This document shows positions 18,970-28,345 of a DNA stretch of 64,000 bases, in pieces. Under the pieces are notes generated by a model that did not search any database, was not told where the DNA came from, and saw only the letters and a list, made by a program, of their open reading frames with translations. The DNA lies in assembly GCA_035389185.1 (NCBI GenBank), contig DAOORK010000001.1:1006-65005 (forward strand), written 5' to 3'. Position 1 is the first letter of the stretch, and each line of letters starts with the position of its first letter. The position numbers and the translations under genes were made by a program. Source of the DNA: Candidatus Woesebacteria bacterium (GTDB lineage: Bacteria; Patescibacteriota; Microgenomatia; UBA1400; MFAQ01).

Positions 18970-20148
18970 ATGTCAACAAAAGTTGGTGCGTGGGACTGCC
19001 CCTATTGTGGTACAAAGGGGAATCCTGGTTTCGAGTATGGTTGTTCCGGTTGTGAACATCCACGACCAAAGGGTGTAAGGTTTTATCTTCCTGACAATGC
19101 TCCTGAGGCGACTTCGGAGCAGGTTGAGAAGATGGGGCATGATCCCAATTGGTACTGTTCATACTGTGAGTCTGGAAATGTTGATCGAGTAAAGCGTTGT
19201 TGGAAATGTGGTGCTCCACGTGGATCTGATTCAGCTCAACACTCGACACGAGTATTTGTCGGAAACGATATACCTCGTTCAGCTGAAGAGGCTGAAAAAA
19301 TGGAAGAAACTGTCACTCCGGAAACGGAGAAGCCGTATGTTCCAACTGAAGATTTGTTGTACGGCATAGTAAATGAACAAACAGTCGAAGCAGAGGATTT
19401 ATCTCAGTTGTCGATTGAGTCCGAAGATATCAAAGAGACAGATTCCGACAGAAGAAAAAAACGTTGGACTATCACTGGTGTAATTTTGTCAGTGCTGTTG
19501 GTTTTTGTAGGGATCTATTTTTTCTTTATTAGAACAACTGAGCAGATCGCTGTGGTTGATGGATTCTCTTGGACTCAAAATGTTTTAATCGAAGAGTATC
19601 AGACTCATCAAAAAGAAGGTTGGTCTATTCCTGTGGGCGGACGAGAAACTGGGAGTGAAATTCGACAGAGCGGTACGGTTAAAGTTACTGATGGGTATCA
19701 CACCGAAACTCAGATGGATACTTGTTACCGCTCAGTTACAGTTCCTCAGACATGTACGCGAGACAACGGGAATGGAAGTTTCGATTCATATGATTGTTCG
19801 TATTCGTCTTCAGAATCATATTCCTGTACAAATACAGTGACGGTTGAAGACTATCATTTTGAACCTGTTTATGACACTTGGTATTTCTATGATATTGATG
19901 AGTGGACGGCGATAGGAAACTATCCGACTTCCGGTAATGACCATAGTCCTTACTACGATGATGCACAGCCGGTTGGAAATCTGCAGCGACGGATCGAACA
20001 GCCAGGAGTTTACAAGGTATTTTTCTCAAGTGAAGGTCTAAAACCTTTTTCGAGGACGTATAGCTTGGAAACTTGGAAACTGTTTGAGTACGATCAAGAG
20101 CACATAATTAAAATAAATGCCTTCAAAATTATTTTGGAGGTAGAGTAA
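18970..20148 (+). CDS. Zn-ribbon (WxCxxC) membrane-anchored protein
   Basis: Two WxCxxC..N..CxxC repeats, a TM and a Cys-containing outer domain. Confidence 0.78.
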   Translation: MSTKVGAWDCPYCGTKGNPGFEYGCSGCEHPRPKGVRFYLPDNAPEATSEQVEKMGHDPNWYCSYCESGNVDRVKRCWKCGAPRGSDSAQHSTRVFVGNDIPRSAEEAEKMEETVTPETEKPYVPTEDLLYGIVNEQTVEAEDLSQLSIESEDIKETDSDRRKKRWTITGVILSVLLVFVGIYFFFIRTTEQIAVVDGFSWTQNVLIEEYQTHQKEGWSIPVGGRETGSEIRQSGTVKVTDGYHTETQMDTCYRSVTVPQTCTRDNGNGSFDSYDCSYSSSESYSCTNTVTVEDYHFEPVYDTWYFYDIDEWTAIGNYPTSGNDHSPYYDDAQPVGNLQRRIEQPGVYKVFFSSEGLKPFSRTYSLETWKLFEYDQEHIIKINAFKIILEVE

Positions 20149-20210
20149 GACATACCGGGCAAAGGGAAACCTAAGCCCGGTTTTTCATGCTTTGGAAGTA
20201 AAATAGAAGA

Positions 20211-21731
20211 GTGACGATTAAGGAACTGGTAATAAGAGACAACGAAAAATTGACGCTCGAGAACATCGAGGATTTTCGGTTGGTATGGGCCAAAGAACTC
20301 GGACACATGCCCAAAAACTCGGAGATCTGGCCATTTTTGACCGATTCGGAGCTTGTTGGGGTAATGAAGACCCGGGGAGTGCGAACCCAGTCTGGAGTGG
20401 CTCCTTTTGCGGTGATGATGAAGCCTTTTCCTTGCCCAGGGAAGTGTATTTACTGCCCTTTGGAGGAAGGTATGCCCAAGTCGTATCTATCTGACGAACC
20501 GGCAGCTCAGAGAGCTAAGATTTTAGACTTTGATCCTTACAAACAAGTTGAGGGTCGGATAAGGCAGATGTCGGAGACGGGGCATATTACGGACAAGATC
20601 GATCTGATTGTGATAGGTGGGACATTTGGAAGTTATACGGAAGAGTACAAAAGAGAGTTTTTTAAGAGCATGTTTGATGCCGTCAACGGCAAAGTGAGTG
20701 AGACTTTTCAAGAGGCTCAGAAATATAACGAAACGGCGGAGAAAAGGATCGTAGGTATTTCCGTGGAAACTCGCCCCGACTGGGTGGACGAGCGTGAGGT
20801 GAAGCTTTGGCGAGAGCTTGGGGTGACCAAGGTTCAGCTAGGAGTGCAGGCTTTTGATGAAGAAATTTTGAAAAAGATTAAAAGGGGACATAGTTTGGAA
20901 AAAGTGGCCGAAGCAACCAGAATGTGTCGCAATGCAGGATTGAAGATTTGCTATCACTTTATGCCTAATTTGCCCGGTAGTAGTCCGAAAAAAGATATAG
21001 AGATGGCCAAAATCATGTTTACCGATCCGCGTTTTGGCCCCGACTACCTGAAAGTTTACCCAGCGATGACTATTAGGGGCACAGAGATGTATGGAATGTG
21101 GAAGCGGGGAGAGTATTTGCCATATGAAGAAGATGAACTGATTGGTGTATTGAAGGAAATAAAGGCCCAGACACCAGTTTGGTGCCGAATTGATCGATTG
21201 ATTCGGGACATCAGTAAAAAGTGGGTGTCCGCAGGCACAGCCAGAACGAACTTAAGACAAATATTACAAGCAGAACTACAAAAAGAAGGTAAGAAGTGTC
21301 AGTGTATCCGTTGTCGTGAGGTGCGTGGGGGAGTTTATGACACCAAAGTTGAACTCTTGGTGAACGAGAGAGAAAGTTTGGGAGGGCAAGAACTGTTTTT
21401 GTCTTATGAGAGCTGGGGAAAGCTTTTTTCAATGCTTAGGTTAAGGTTGCCCGACAAGGATGAGAAAATATTGTTCGGAGAGCTTGCTGGAGCGGCTATT
21501 GTGCGGGAAGTGCACACTTATGGTCAAGTAGCCCAGATCGACACCCAAGACGGCATCAAAAGCCAACACAGAGGTCTGGGGAAGCGTTTGATGATCAAGG
21601 CGGAAGAGATCGCTAAGACTAGAGGATATAAGAGGATTGCTGTAATATCGGCCATCGGAACGAGAGAATACTACAGGAAACTTGGTTATAGCCTCGAGGG
21701 AACGTACATGGTGAAGGGCCTAGAAGATTGA
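20211..21731 (+). CDS. elp3: Elp3-type tRNA U34 carboxymethyltransferase (radical SAM + GNAT)
   Basis: CPGKCIYCP, GGTF, ETRPD, REVHTYG, QHRGLG and ISAIGTREYYRKLGY. Confidence 0.92.
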   Translation: MTIKELVIRDNEKLTLENIEDFRLVWAKELGHMPKNSEIWPFLTDSELVGVMKTRGVRTQSGVAPFAVMMKPFPCPGKCIYCPLEEGMPKSYLSDEPAAQRAKILDFDPYKQVEGRIRQMSETGHITDKIDLIVIGGTFGSYTEEYKREFFKSMFDAVNGKVSETFQEAQKYNETAEKRIVGISVETRPDWVDEREVKLWRELGVTKVQLGVQAFDEEILKKIKRGHSLEKVAEATRMCRNAGLKICYHFMPNLPGSSPKKDIEMAKIMFTDPRFGPDYLKVYPAMTIRGTEMYGMWKRGEYLPYEEDELIGVLKEIKAQTPVWCRIDRLIRDISKKWVSAGTARTNLRQILQAELQKEGKKCQCIRCREVRGGVYDTKVELLVNERESLGGQELFLSYESWGKLFSMLRLRLPDKDEKILFGELAGAAIVREVHTYGQVAQIDTQDGIKSQHRGLGKRLMIKAEEIAKTRGYKRIAVISAIGTREYYRKLGYSLEGTYMVKGLED

Positions 21732-21806
21732 CAATATCTTATATTGTGCTAAGATACGCCTAGTAATTTGGCAATTTTCAATTCTTAACAATTGAGGGAG
21801 ACAGTC

Positions 21807-22262
21807 ATGGTAGTGAACGTAAGTAGTAAGTCAAGTGATTGGCGTGCAAGAGACTTAAGTAATTTTGCCAGGATTCCATTTATTTTTGACGGTGAGCCCT
21901 TTGAGTCGGTTGAAGGGTTTATCCAGGGAATTAAGTTTCCTGAAGGTCACGTTAATCGTCTTTTGGGAACTGTTTGTACTGGAATTCAGGCAAAAAAATT
22001 GGGTCAGTCGGCCGACGGAAAATACGTTTGGTGGCAAGGCCGACAAATTGTTTTTGGCTCTGACGAACATCACCATTTGATTGCTAGAGCAATCATAGCC
22101 AAGTTCGACCAAAGCTCAAGGGCTATGAATGCGCTGTTGGCGACCGAAGGTGAAGAAATCACTCATGATCTCGGACTTTTGGAGGACACCGATACTTCAT
22201 TGCCTGCCGAACTGTTTTGTAAAGTTCTGACCGAGATTAGAAAAATGAAGACTGGGGAATAA
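21807..22262 (+). CDS. NADAR-like hypothetical protein
   Basis: LSNF...F.SVEGF.Q..KF and AKF.Q....ALLAT pattern. Confidence 0.6.
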   Translation: MVVNVSSKSSDWRARDLSNFARIPFIFDGEPFESVEGFIQGIKFPEGHVNRLLGTVCTGIQAKKLGQSADGKYVWWQGRQIVFGSDEHHHLIARAIIAKFDQSSRAMNALLATEGEEITHDLGLLEDTDTSLPAELFCKVLTEIRKMKTGE

Positions 22263-22335
22263 TTAAATGCCAAACCGGAGAGAGATCTCCGGTTTTTTTG
22301 TACAGAAAAAATAAAGGTTGTAGTAGAATTAGGAT

Positions 22336-22977
22336 ATGAATAAGAAGATTGTTTCTGGTTTACTAGGTTCGGCGTTGTTGGGCGGCGTATTTATGGTTAC
22401 GCCTGCAATGGCCAACGAAGGCACAGCAATGCTTAAGAGTGCCGGAGTGAGTGGAGCTTGTTATGTGGCTAGTGTGTATGTTGATGGAACCTATCGTGTT
22501 TTGGTTTCCTGTCGTGAACTGAAGATGGCTTTGTCTCCGGAAAATTACAACTACCTACTTTGGGTGAATACTGAGGATGGAAAGGTGAGGAGATTGGGAG
22601 AGATTGAGAATGGTAAGTTGCTGGCATCCACAGATGCCAAGTTTAACGGTATATTCGTGACGGCTGAGACAGATAGTTATGGGAACAAACCTTCACAAAA
22701 TGTTTTACTCACAGGCACGATTTCACCAATTGATTTTGGTGCCGGAGTGAAGAATGCAGAGATAACTACAGCTCCCACGCCGACGCAAAAGAAAGCAGTG
22801 ACAACGGCTACTCCAACGATTGAGGTTGTTGATGAGTCTGGTGCGGTGGAACAGGCAACTAACAAAGGGATTGGCAGTGCTTTGTCGACAGTCCTCAAAA
22901 TTGCGTTGTTTGGTTTTGGAGCTTTACTCTTGGTTGTAGGTGTCTTTAGCTTTATTTCTAGGAAGAGGTCGCTCTAG
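22336..22977 (+). CDS. secreted protein with C-terminal membrane anchor
   Basis: Signal peptide (AMA), Thr/Pro linker, C-terminal TM and basic tail; leaderless. Confidence 0.78.
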   Translation: MNKKIVSGLLGSALLGGVFMVTPAMANEGTAMLKSAGVSGACYVASVYVDGTYRVLVSCRELKMALSPENYNYLLWVNTEDGKVRRLGEIENGKLLASTDAKFNGIFVTAETDSYGNKPSQNVLLTGTISPIDFGAGVKNAEITTAPTPTQKKAVTTATPTIEVVDESGAVEQATNKGIGSALSTVLKIALFGFGALLLVVGVFSFISRKRSL

Positions 22978-23035
22978 AGGTTGAGTATTTTCCTCGTTTC
23001 TGCCGTCTATGCGCCTTTTGGAGATTGATTTCGTG

Positions 23036-23197
23036 TTCCCCATCATCACCATCACCCTTTATAGCGACCGACTCATACCGCCTCTCCTGCGGAGGCGGTT
23101 GGTCTGCCTACTCACCCCAAAAATTCTTGGAATACCAAGAAACCATGCTTTTTGGGGTTCCGTAAGCTCGTATAAAGGGAAAATGGTTCGATGGGAA
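23036..23197 (-). repeat. structured repeat family 1, diverged copy
   Basis: Shared core GACCGACTCATACCGCCTCTCCTGCGGAGGCGGTTGGTCTGCCTACTCACC with compensatory stems. Confidence 0.85.
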
Positions 23198-23203
23198 TCT
23201 GTC

Positions 23204-23833
23204 TTAGGGGAGAAGCAGGTGAGTGATGAGATTGAGAAGAGGATAGATAATGGCGGAGATCGGAGCAGTACTGCCAAAGATGGGAAGAATGAGGAACAGG
23301 AGGATAAGTGTGCCGTAGCGATTCATGATTGATTGATATTCATAGGCTAGGTCTCGAGGAAGCAGGCCAAAGAGGATTTTTTGGCCATCAAGAGGGCCGA
23401 CAGGGATAAGGTTGAAGATGGCCAAGCCAACATTGATGTAGACAAAGGGAATCAAGAATATACTAAAGCTGTAAGGAAGGAAGTGGATAGCAAGAGCTAC
23501 AATTGATGCCAGAAGAAGGTTGCTTACTGGCCCGGCAAAGGAGATCAGACCGACGTCGCGGCGAGGGTGTTTGAGGTTGTAGGGGTCGAAGGGGGTGGGT
23601 TTGCCCCAGCCATAGGCGAAGTTGCCGCCGGAAAGAAGCATTAGTCCAAGAGGAAGGATTATGGTCCCGATAAGATCAATGTGGGCAAGGGGATTGAGAG
23701 TGAGCCGGCCTTGAGAACGAGCGGTTGGATCTCCCAAACGATCAGCCGTATAGGCGTGAGCGAATTCGTGAATACTGATAGCCAGAATCACATAAACAAA
23801 GCTTATCAATATGCTTAATAAGGAAATCAACAT
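23204..23833 (-). CDS. site-2 protease (peptidase M50)
   Basis: HEFAH, NPLAHID, AGP.SN and FNLIP.GPLDG. Confidence 0.92.
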   Translation of the reverse strand: MLISLLSILISFVYVILAISIHEFAHAYTADRLGDPTARSQGRLTLNPLAHIDLIGTIILPLGLMLLSGGNFAYGWGKPTPFDPYNLKHPRRDVGLISFAGPVSNLLLASIVALAIHFLPYSFSIFLIPFVYINVGLAIFNLIPVGPLDGQKILFGLLPRDLAYEYQSIMNRYGTLILLFLILPIFGSTAPISAIIYPLLNLITHLLLP

Positions 23834-23893
23834 AACCTTTATTCTAGTACATTTGATACACAAATGGGCTGTATCTGTGTTAAAATTGGCTTC

Positions 23894-24133
23894 ATGAAAC
23901 AAACAGAAAAAGGAAAATTGCAGTGCGCCGTCTGCGGAAAAGGCGTACAACACGCCAACTTGGTGAGTTTTTCCAAACGCAGAATCAAGCACGTGAGGAA
24001 ACCAAATCTCCATGTTCACCATATTACTGTCGATGGAACAAAGGTAAAGATTTTGGTTTGTACTTCATGCAAAAGATCCCTACGCCAGGCACAAAGAGAT
24101 GAACAAGTAGCTGCCGCTAAGGCCAATGCCTAG
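23894..24133 (+). CDS. rpmB: 50S ribosomal protein L28
   Basis: CAVCGK...N.VSFS.RR....KPNL...VCTSC. Confidence 0.9.
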   Translation: MKQTEKGKLQCAVCGKGVQHANLVSFSKRRIKHVRKPNLHVHHITVDGTKVKILVCTSCKRSLRQAQRDEQVAAAKANA

Positions 24134-24806
24134 TATCTTACCCGAGTTTTGGAAACAGATTCATTTTGGAGAAAATATTGATGTTTATGGGGGCCGCAGA
24201 GGTCCTGACATTTTGATGGCTGGAGTGGCTGTCAGCAAAGACATGGGTTTAGTCAATTTTTTAATGAGTAAGAATGGGTATGATGTTCTGGCTGAAGATG
24301 CAGGGATTGCCCTGTTTTATCAGAAAGACGGCAAGTTGGCTCAGGCGGGCTTTGATGTCGACACCTTTGTTGATGCTTGTGGCGAGGAGATTGAAGAAGT
24401 GATGGGTGGTGATGCTTTAAAAGAAATATTGGCTCAGGCTGTCGAAGAAAATTGTCAAATATCTGTCTGTGTTGACATTGAAGCTAAAACGGCGGCAATT
24501 GCCTATATCGATAATGAGTCGGGAGAATCAAAGGTAATTAATGATATGGAAAATATTGAGCCGAACAATATGTATTTAATGAAATCGAAGTTTGGGGATT
24601 ACGTGTTGAATGTCGAGTTCCTAGTAGTGGAAGATGTATTGCGTTTTGGTATTTTGGCAACACCTGAAGGGAAAGTAATTACAGAAAACACAAAAATATT
24701 GATGACTGAGGTACTGACCGAATGCAATTTTGAGACATTTTTGGACAGCTCTTCTTTGGATAAATACAACCGATTGGCGAAAAGAATTTTTTTGCTAAAC
24801 GATTAA
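24126..24806 (+). CDS. hypothetical protein
   Basis: 226-aa acidic ORF overlapping the rpmB stop. Confidence 0.7.
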   Translation: MPSILPEFWKQIHFGENIDVYGGRRGPDILMAGVAVSKDMGLVNFLMSKNGYDVLAEDAGIALFYQKDGKLAQAGFDVDTFVDACGEEIEEVMGGDALKEILAQAVEENCQISVCVDIEAKTAAIAYIDNESGESKVINDMENIEPNNMYLMKSKFGDYVLNVEFLVVEDVLRFGILATPEGKVITENTKILMTEVLTECNFETFLDSSSLDKYNRLAKRIFLLND

Positions 24807-25678
24807 AGGGGGTGGCCCTGGAGGAACTGCTTCCAGGAAATGGGGGATTTGCCTGGTAATTGAATGGTGTCGAGAACGAGCTTTCCATCTACGAGAAGAG
24901 TTTTTAGAATTTTGACGTCTTGGTTTTGAATAGTGGTCCATGCTCCCGGGTCGGGATTTAGGGAACGAACCAGGGCGTGAATCTCTTGGGAGTTGATACC
25001 ATTTTGGGCAACAAGGATTTTTTCGTAGGGGATGAACGCGGTTTGTCTTGTTACTGTTTTATGACTTGGAGTGAAAACAACTTTGGTTTCATCTTGGGTT
25101 GTTTTGGAGTAGTTCTGGGCACAGATTTCGGGTAATTTATTGGCTAATAAGATGATAGCGGCCTGAGTAAGTTTTGTAGTCAAAGTGGCGATATCGTCGT
25201 CAATATCGATGGCAATTTTTGATTGAGCAATAATTGGCCCATGGTCTAGAAGGGCGTCCATTTCCATCAGAGTAACACCGGTTTCTTGGTCCTGATTTTT
25301 GATGGCTTGACTGATGCAAAGAGCCCCTCGATACTTGGGAAGTAAGGAGAAATGGATGTTATATGTGCCGATTTTGGGGGTGTCGAGAAAACTTTGAGGA
25401 ATGATTTTGCCAAACGAGACAACCAGAAAGATATCTGGCTTTAATATTTTAAGATGGGCGAGATTATCATCGTCGAGTTTCCCTGGCTTGTAGACTGGAA
25501 GGTTGTAGGAATCGGCTAAAACGGCAACAGGGGAAGGTGATAAGGTGAGGTTACGGCCTGTAGGTTTGTCGGGAGTTGTGACCACACCCACCACATTAAC
25601 TAAATTTGATTTGATGACAGACTCAAGAATGACGGCAGAAAACTCGGGGGAGCCGAAGAAAATAAGATTGGGTTTCAT
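24803..25678 (-). CDS. fmt: methionyl-tRNA formyltransferase
   Basis: FFGSPEF, PDKP.GR, NIHFSLLPKYRGA and LDHGPI. Confidence 0.94.
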   Translation of the reverse strand: MKPNLIFFGSPEFSAVILESVIKSNLVNVVGVVTTPDKPTGRNLTLSPSPVAVLADSYNLPVYKPGKLDDDNLAHLKILKPDIFLVVSFGKIIPQSFLDTPKIGTYNIHFSLLPKYRGALCISQAIKNQDQETGVTLMEMDALLDHGPIIAQSKIAIDIDDDIATLTTKLTQAAIILLANKLPEICAQNYSKTTQDETKVVFTPSHKTVTRQTAFIPYEKILVAQNGINSQEIHALVRSLNPDPGAWTTIQNQDVKILKTLLVDGKLVLDTIQLPGKSPISWKQFLQGHPL

Positions 25679-25774
25679 ACATCTATTTTAGCATTGTCCT
25701 ATATTGTTGACAAATAGCCAATTCTATGATAAACTTGTGCCTGAAATTATCCTTGTTCGTTGAAAAGGAGAAGT

Positions 25775-25882
25775 ATGAATGCCTTATTGGTGAAACTTTT
25801 TGGAAAGGAAATGGGCCCGACTGAATGGGTCCTGACGATTTTTATTGCGGCAATAATCATTTTTTTGCTTTTAAATCTTTAG
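25775..25882 (+). CDS. 35-aa single-TM microprotein
   Basis: MNALLVKLFGKEMGPTEWVLTIFIAAIIIFLLLNL after promoter, boxA-like motif and AAGGAG. Confidence 0.6.
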   Translation: MNALLVKLFGKEMGPTEWVLTIFIAAIIIFLLLNL

Positions 25883-25895
25883 TCGAGGAGGAGAG

Positions 25896-26027
25896 ATGCA
25901 CAATTGTCGTACCGAGCTTAGAGGGAGTATGCATTATTTGCCCCCGTGGACAGTCATTCTGGCTCCTGTATTTCTGGTAGCGGTGATCGCTATTTTTATA
26001 TCGTCACCGCCAAAGAGAAGTAAGTAA
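25896..26027 (+). CDS. 43-aa single-TM microprotein
   Basis: MHNCRTELRGSMHYLPPWTVILAPVFLVAVIAIFISSPPKRSK after GAGGAGG; followed by a terminator. Confidence 0.55.
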   Translation: MHNCRTELRGSMHYLPPWTVILAPVFLVAVIAIFISSPPKRSK

Positions 26028-26031
26028 TAAA

Positions 26032-26060
26032 AGGCCCTCGCATTTGCGGGGGCTTTTTTT
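26032..26060. terminator. intrinsic terminator (bidirectional)
   Basis: GGCCCTCGCA-T-TTGCGGGGGCT hairpin with T-run. Confidence 0.7.
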
Positions 26061-26068
26061 GTGGCAAG

Positions 26069-26602
26069 TTACATCTCGATGGGTTCGAGACCGTTCGGTG
26101 TTTCACGAAGGATTTGGCCTTCCTGTTCGAGAATGCGATCGGTAAAAAGAATGCCGTCCAGATGGTCATTTTCGTGCTGAACGTAGGAAGCATCAACATC
26201 TTCAAACTTACGATGGCGTTTTTCGAGTTGGCCATTTATTGGAGTAAGGTACTCGACCTCAACTGAGTATGGGCGGTCGACAAAACCCCAGAGGCGGGGA
26301 ACAGAGAGACAGCCTTCGAGCCAGCGGTCTTTACTCCGACGGTGAATATCCGAAAGTTTGGCTTCGGAATGATTTTTAAGTACAGGATTGATAAAAATTT
26401 CGGGAATACCCTTGAAAGAGACAATGAATAGTCGGCGGTCAATGCCTACTTGAGGAGCCGCCAAACCAACACCCTCTGGATCCTGAGCGGATTTTAGGGT
26501 GACGATCAGATCGGCGATCTGATTTTCCAACTTCTTATCGAGTTTGTTGACGGGTTTGGCGACTCGGCGGAGAAGTGGGTCAGGGGTAGTTAATATTTTC
26601 AT
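26069..26602 (-). CDS. def: peptide deformylase
   Basis: GVGLAAPQ, EGCLS and QHENDHLDG. Confidence 0.95.
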   Translation of the reverse strand: MKILTTPDPLLRRVAKPVNKLDKKLENQIADLIVTLKSAQDPEGVGLAAPQVGIDRRLFIVSFKGIPEIFINPVLKNHSEAKLSDIHRRSKDRWLEGCLSVPRLWGFVDRPYSVEVEYLTPINGQLEKRHRKFEDVDASYVQHENDHLDGILFTDRILEQEGQILRETPNGLEPIEM

Positions 26603-26691
26603 AACGCAGGTATATTTTACCATTGACTCATAATGTAGATGGTGTTAGAATGCTACGAACGTTGAAAATATTCACAAAGAGGGAGGCTAAA

Positions 26692-26739
26692 ATGTGCCCT
26701 GCCTGTGGCTGGGATCCAGTCATAAAAAGGCCAGGGTAA
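26692..26739 (+). CDS. 15-aa CxxC micro-ORF
   Basis: MCPACGWDPVIKRPG after boxA-like CGAACGTTGAAA and GGGAGG. Confidence 0.4.
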   Translation: MCPACGWDPVIKRPG

Positions 26740-26762
26740 AGAAAAAATACAGGAGGTTGATT

Positions 26763-27116
26763 TTGATTAGTGAAAAGACAAAAAATATTGGGGAAGTATA
26801 TGCAAGTTTTACCGATCCGGCGTTTATCAAAGAGCACGGGAAACCCGTTAATGACGGTAAGGTAATCAAGTACATAATTCGGACAACGGTGAAGACAAGA
26901 TCACTTGGAGAAATCCTTATGGCATCGTCTTGCGTTGGTAGTGATGCCAGAGAGACAGCAATACCGTACCTTCTTTTTGATAAAAGACAGCTTTTATTGG
27001 TAGTAAGGATGTTTCCTGAAGTCAAAACCTCGATTGGTTATTTGCAGAGAGATTGGCTGGGGAGATATGCTTATCATCCGACAGAAGATTTTATCGAAAA
27101 AATTGTTTCTTTGTGA
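26763..27116 (+). CDS. hypothetical protein
   Basis: TTG start 6 nt after AGGAGG; terminator at ~27121-27148. Confidence 0.62.
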   Translation: MISEKTKNIGEVYASFTDPAFIKEHGKPVNDGKVIKYIIRTTVKTRSLGEILMASSCVGSDARETAIPYLLFDKRQLLLVVRMFPEVKTSIGYLQRDWLGRYAYHPTEDFIEKIVSL

Positions 27117-27229
27117 TCGCCGGCCTCCCTTTGGGGAGGTCTTTTTTTATGGTAATTCACTTGACTTAAGGCCTATATTATGATAGAATATAGGCTGTAA
27201 GTTGAAATTATATTTTGGAGGAGCAGAAG

Positions 27230-27676
27230 ATGATTAAATATCGTCCGGCTAATTCTTGGTTGTATATGGTGGTTTCTGCGATGTCTTTCGGGTTGTTTTT
27301 GATAACCAGTGTGTTTGTCGATGGAAGCTGGCCCTTTGCCATTCCGTCCGTAGTATTCGGGGTTATCTTATTCCTCAGCGTGGTGAAATGCATCGACGAT
27401 CTTGGTTTGCCAAGATTGCCGCGGGAGTCCGCATATGAACGACAGTGTCTCGAGCGTTGGCTCAGAGACGAAGGATACTGTTTGTTTAGGGGATCATGCA
27501 AAAAGCTGGCCAAAGACGCGATCGAATTTCGATCGGCTGGTGATGATCACGAAAGATCTCTCATCGCAACCAGTAAGATTCTTGAGTACGAGTTTTATCG
27601 GTATCAAGACTATGAATCAATTCGTATGGTCTGGCGTGCCGATAAGCCTTACGCAGTCTCAGTGTACGTGAAATAA
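27230..27676 (+). CDS. 2-TM orphan protein, array member 1
   Basis: MIKYR..LPRLPRE...ERQ.LE.WL..EGY...YVK. Confidence 0.8.
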   Translation: MIKYRPANSWLYMVVSAMSFGLFLITSVFVDGSWPFAIPSVVFGVILFLSVVKCIDDLGLPRLPRESAYERQCLERWLRDEGYCLFRGSCKKLAKDAIEFRSAGDDHERSLIATSKILEYEFYRYQDYESIRMVWRADKPYAVSVYVK

Positions 27677-28328
27677 GTTTCAACCAACCGAAGGGATAAA
27701 ACCCTTCGGTTTTTTGTGGTTTGACAAACACCCTATAAAATGTTAATATATGGCCGCAAGTTAAAATTTTTTCAGGAGGTTGGATAGATGATCAAATATC
27801 GTTCAAGAGTAAAAGCATGGTCATTTTTTGGGGCGACTATTTTTGGTATTTTTCTTATGGTTGAGATACTTGCGTTTAGTTTTGCAGATTGGTTTTTATT
27901 AGTGATGTGTACGATCATATTTACTCTCTGTATCTATAGCCTCGACAAGTTTTTATGTGAGATGAAACTTCCGACCTTGCCGCGGGAAACCAAACCGGAA
28001 CGCCAAACCCTCGAAATTAGTCTTCGGAACGAAGGATACTGCCGGTATGTGGGATCTCACAATGTGGTGTCCAAAAAGGCGGCTGTTTTCCAGCTCGACA
28101 AGAAGAGTGAAGAGCAAACGATTTTGGCGACCAGCGAGATTACCCAACATGAGGGCTACCGATTTTGGGACTTCGGTCCGTATCGTTTAGTATCTCGTGC
28201 GGATGAATCTACATGGGTAGCGTACGTGAAATAAGTTTCAACCAACCGAAGGGATAAAACCCTTCGGTTTTTTGTGGTTTGACAAACACCCTATAAAATG
28301 TTAATATATGGCCGCAAGTTAAAATTTT
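27664..28328 (+). repeat. two identical 107-bp units (gene end, terminator, promoter, boxA-like)
   Basis: 27664-27770 equals 28222-28328. Confidence 0.95.
27788..28234 (+). CDS. 2-TM orphan protein, array member 2
   Basis: Same motifs, ends YVK. Confidence 0.8.
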   Translation: MIKYRSRVKAWSFFGATIFGIFLMVEILAFSFADWFLLVMCTIIFTLCIYSLDKFLCEMKLPTLPRETKPERQTLEISLRNEGYCRYVGSHNVVSKKAAVFQLDKKSEEQTILATSEITQHEGYRFWDFGPYRLVSRADESTWVAYVK

Positions 28329-28345
28329 GTGCGGAGGTATAAACA

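Noticed and set aside
23009-23332. Similar short ORFs at 23009, 30859 and 55090 (DRLIPPLLRRRLVCLL and variants)
   Set aside because: Translation artefacts of repeat family 1; frames differ between copies
27664-28328. CRISPR array or integron attC array
   Set aside because: The repeat is 107 bp and consists of terminator plus promoter; no cas or intI gene and no attC-like palindrome
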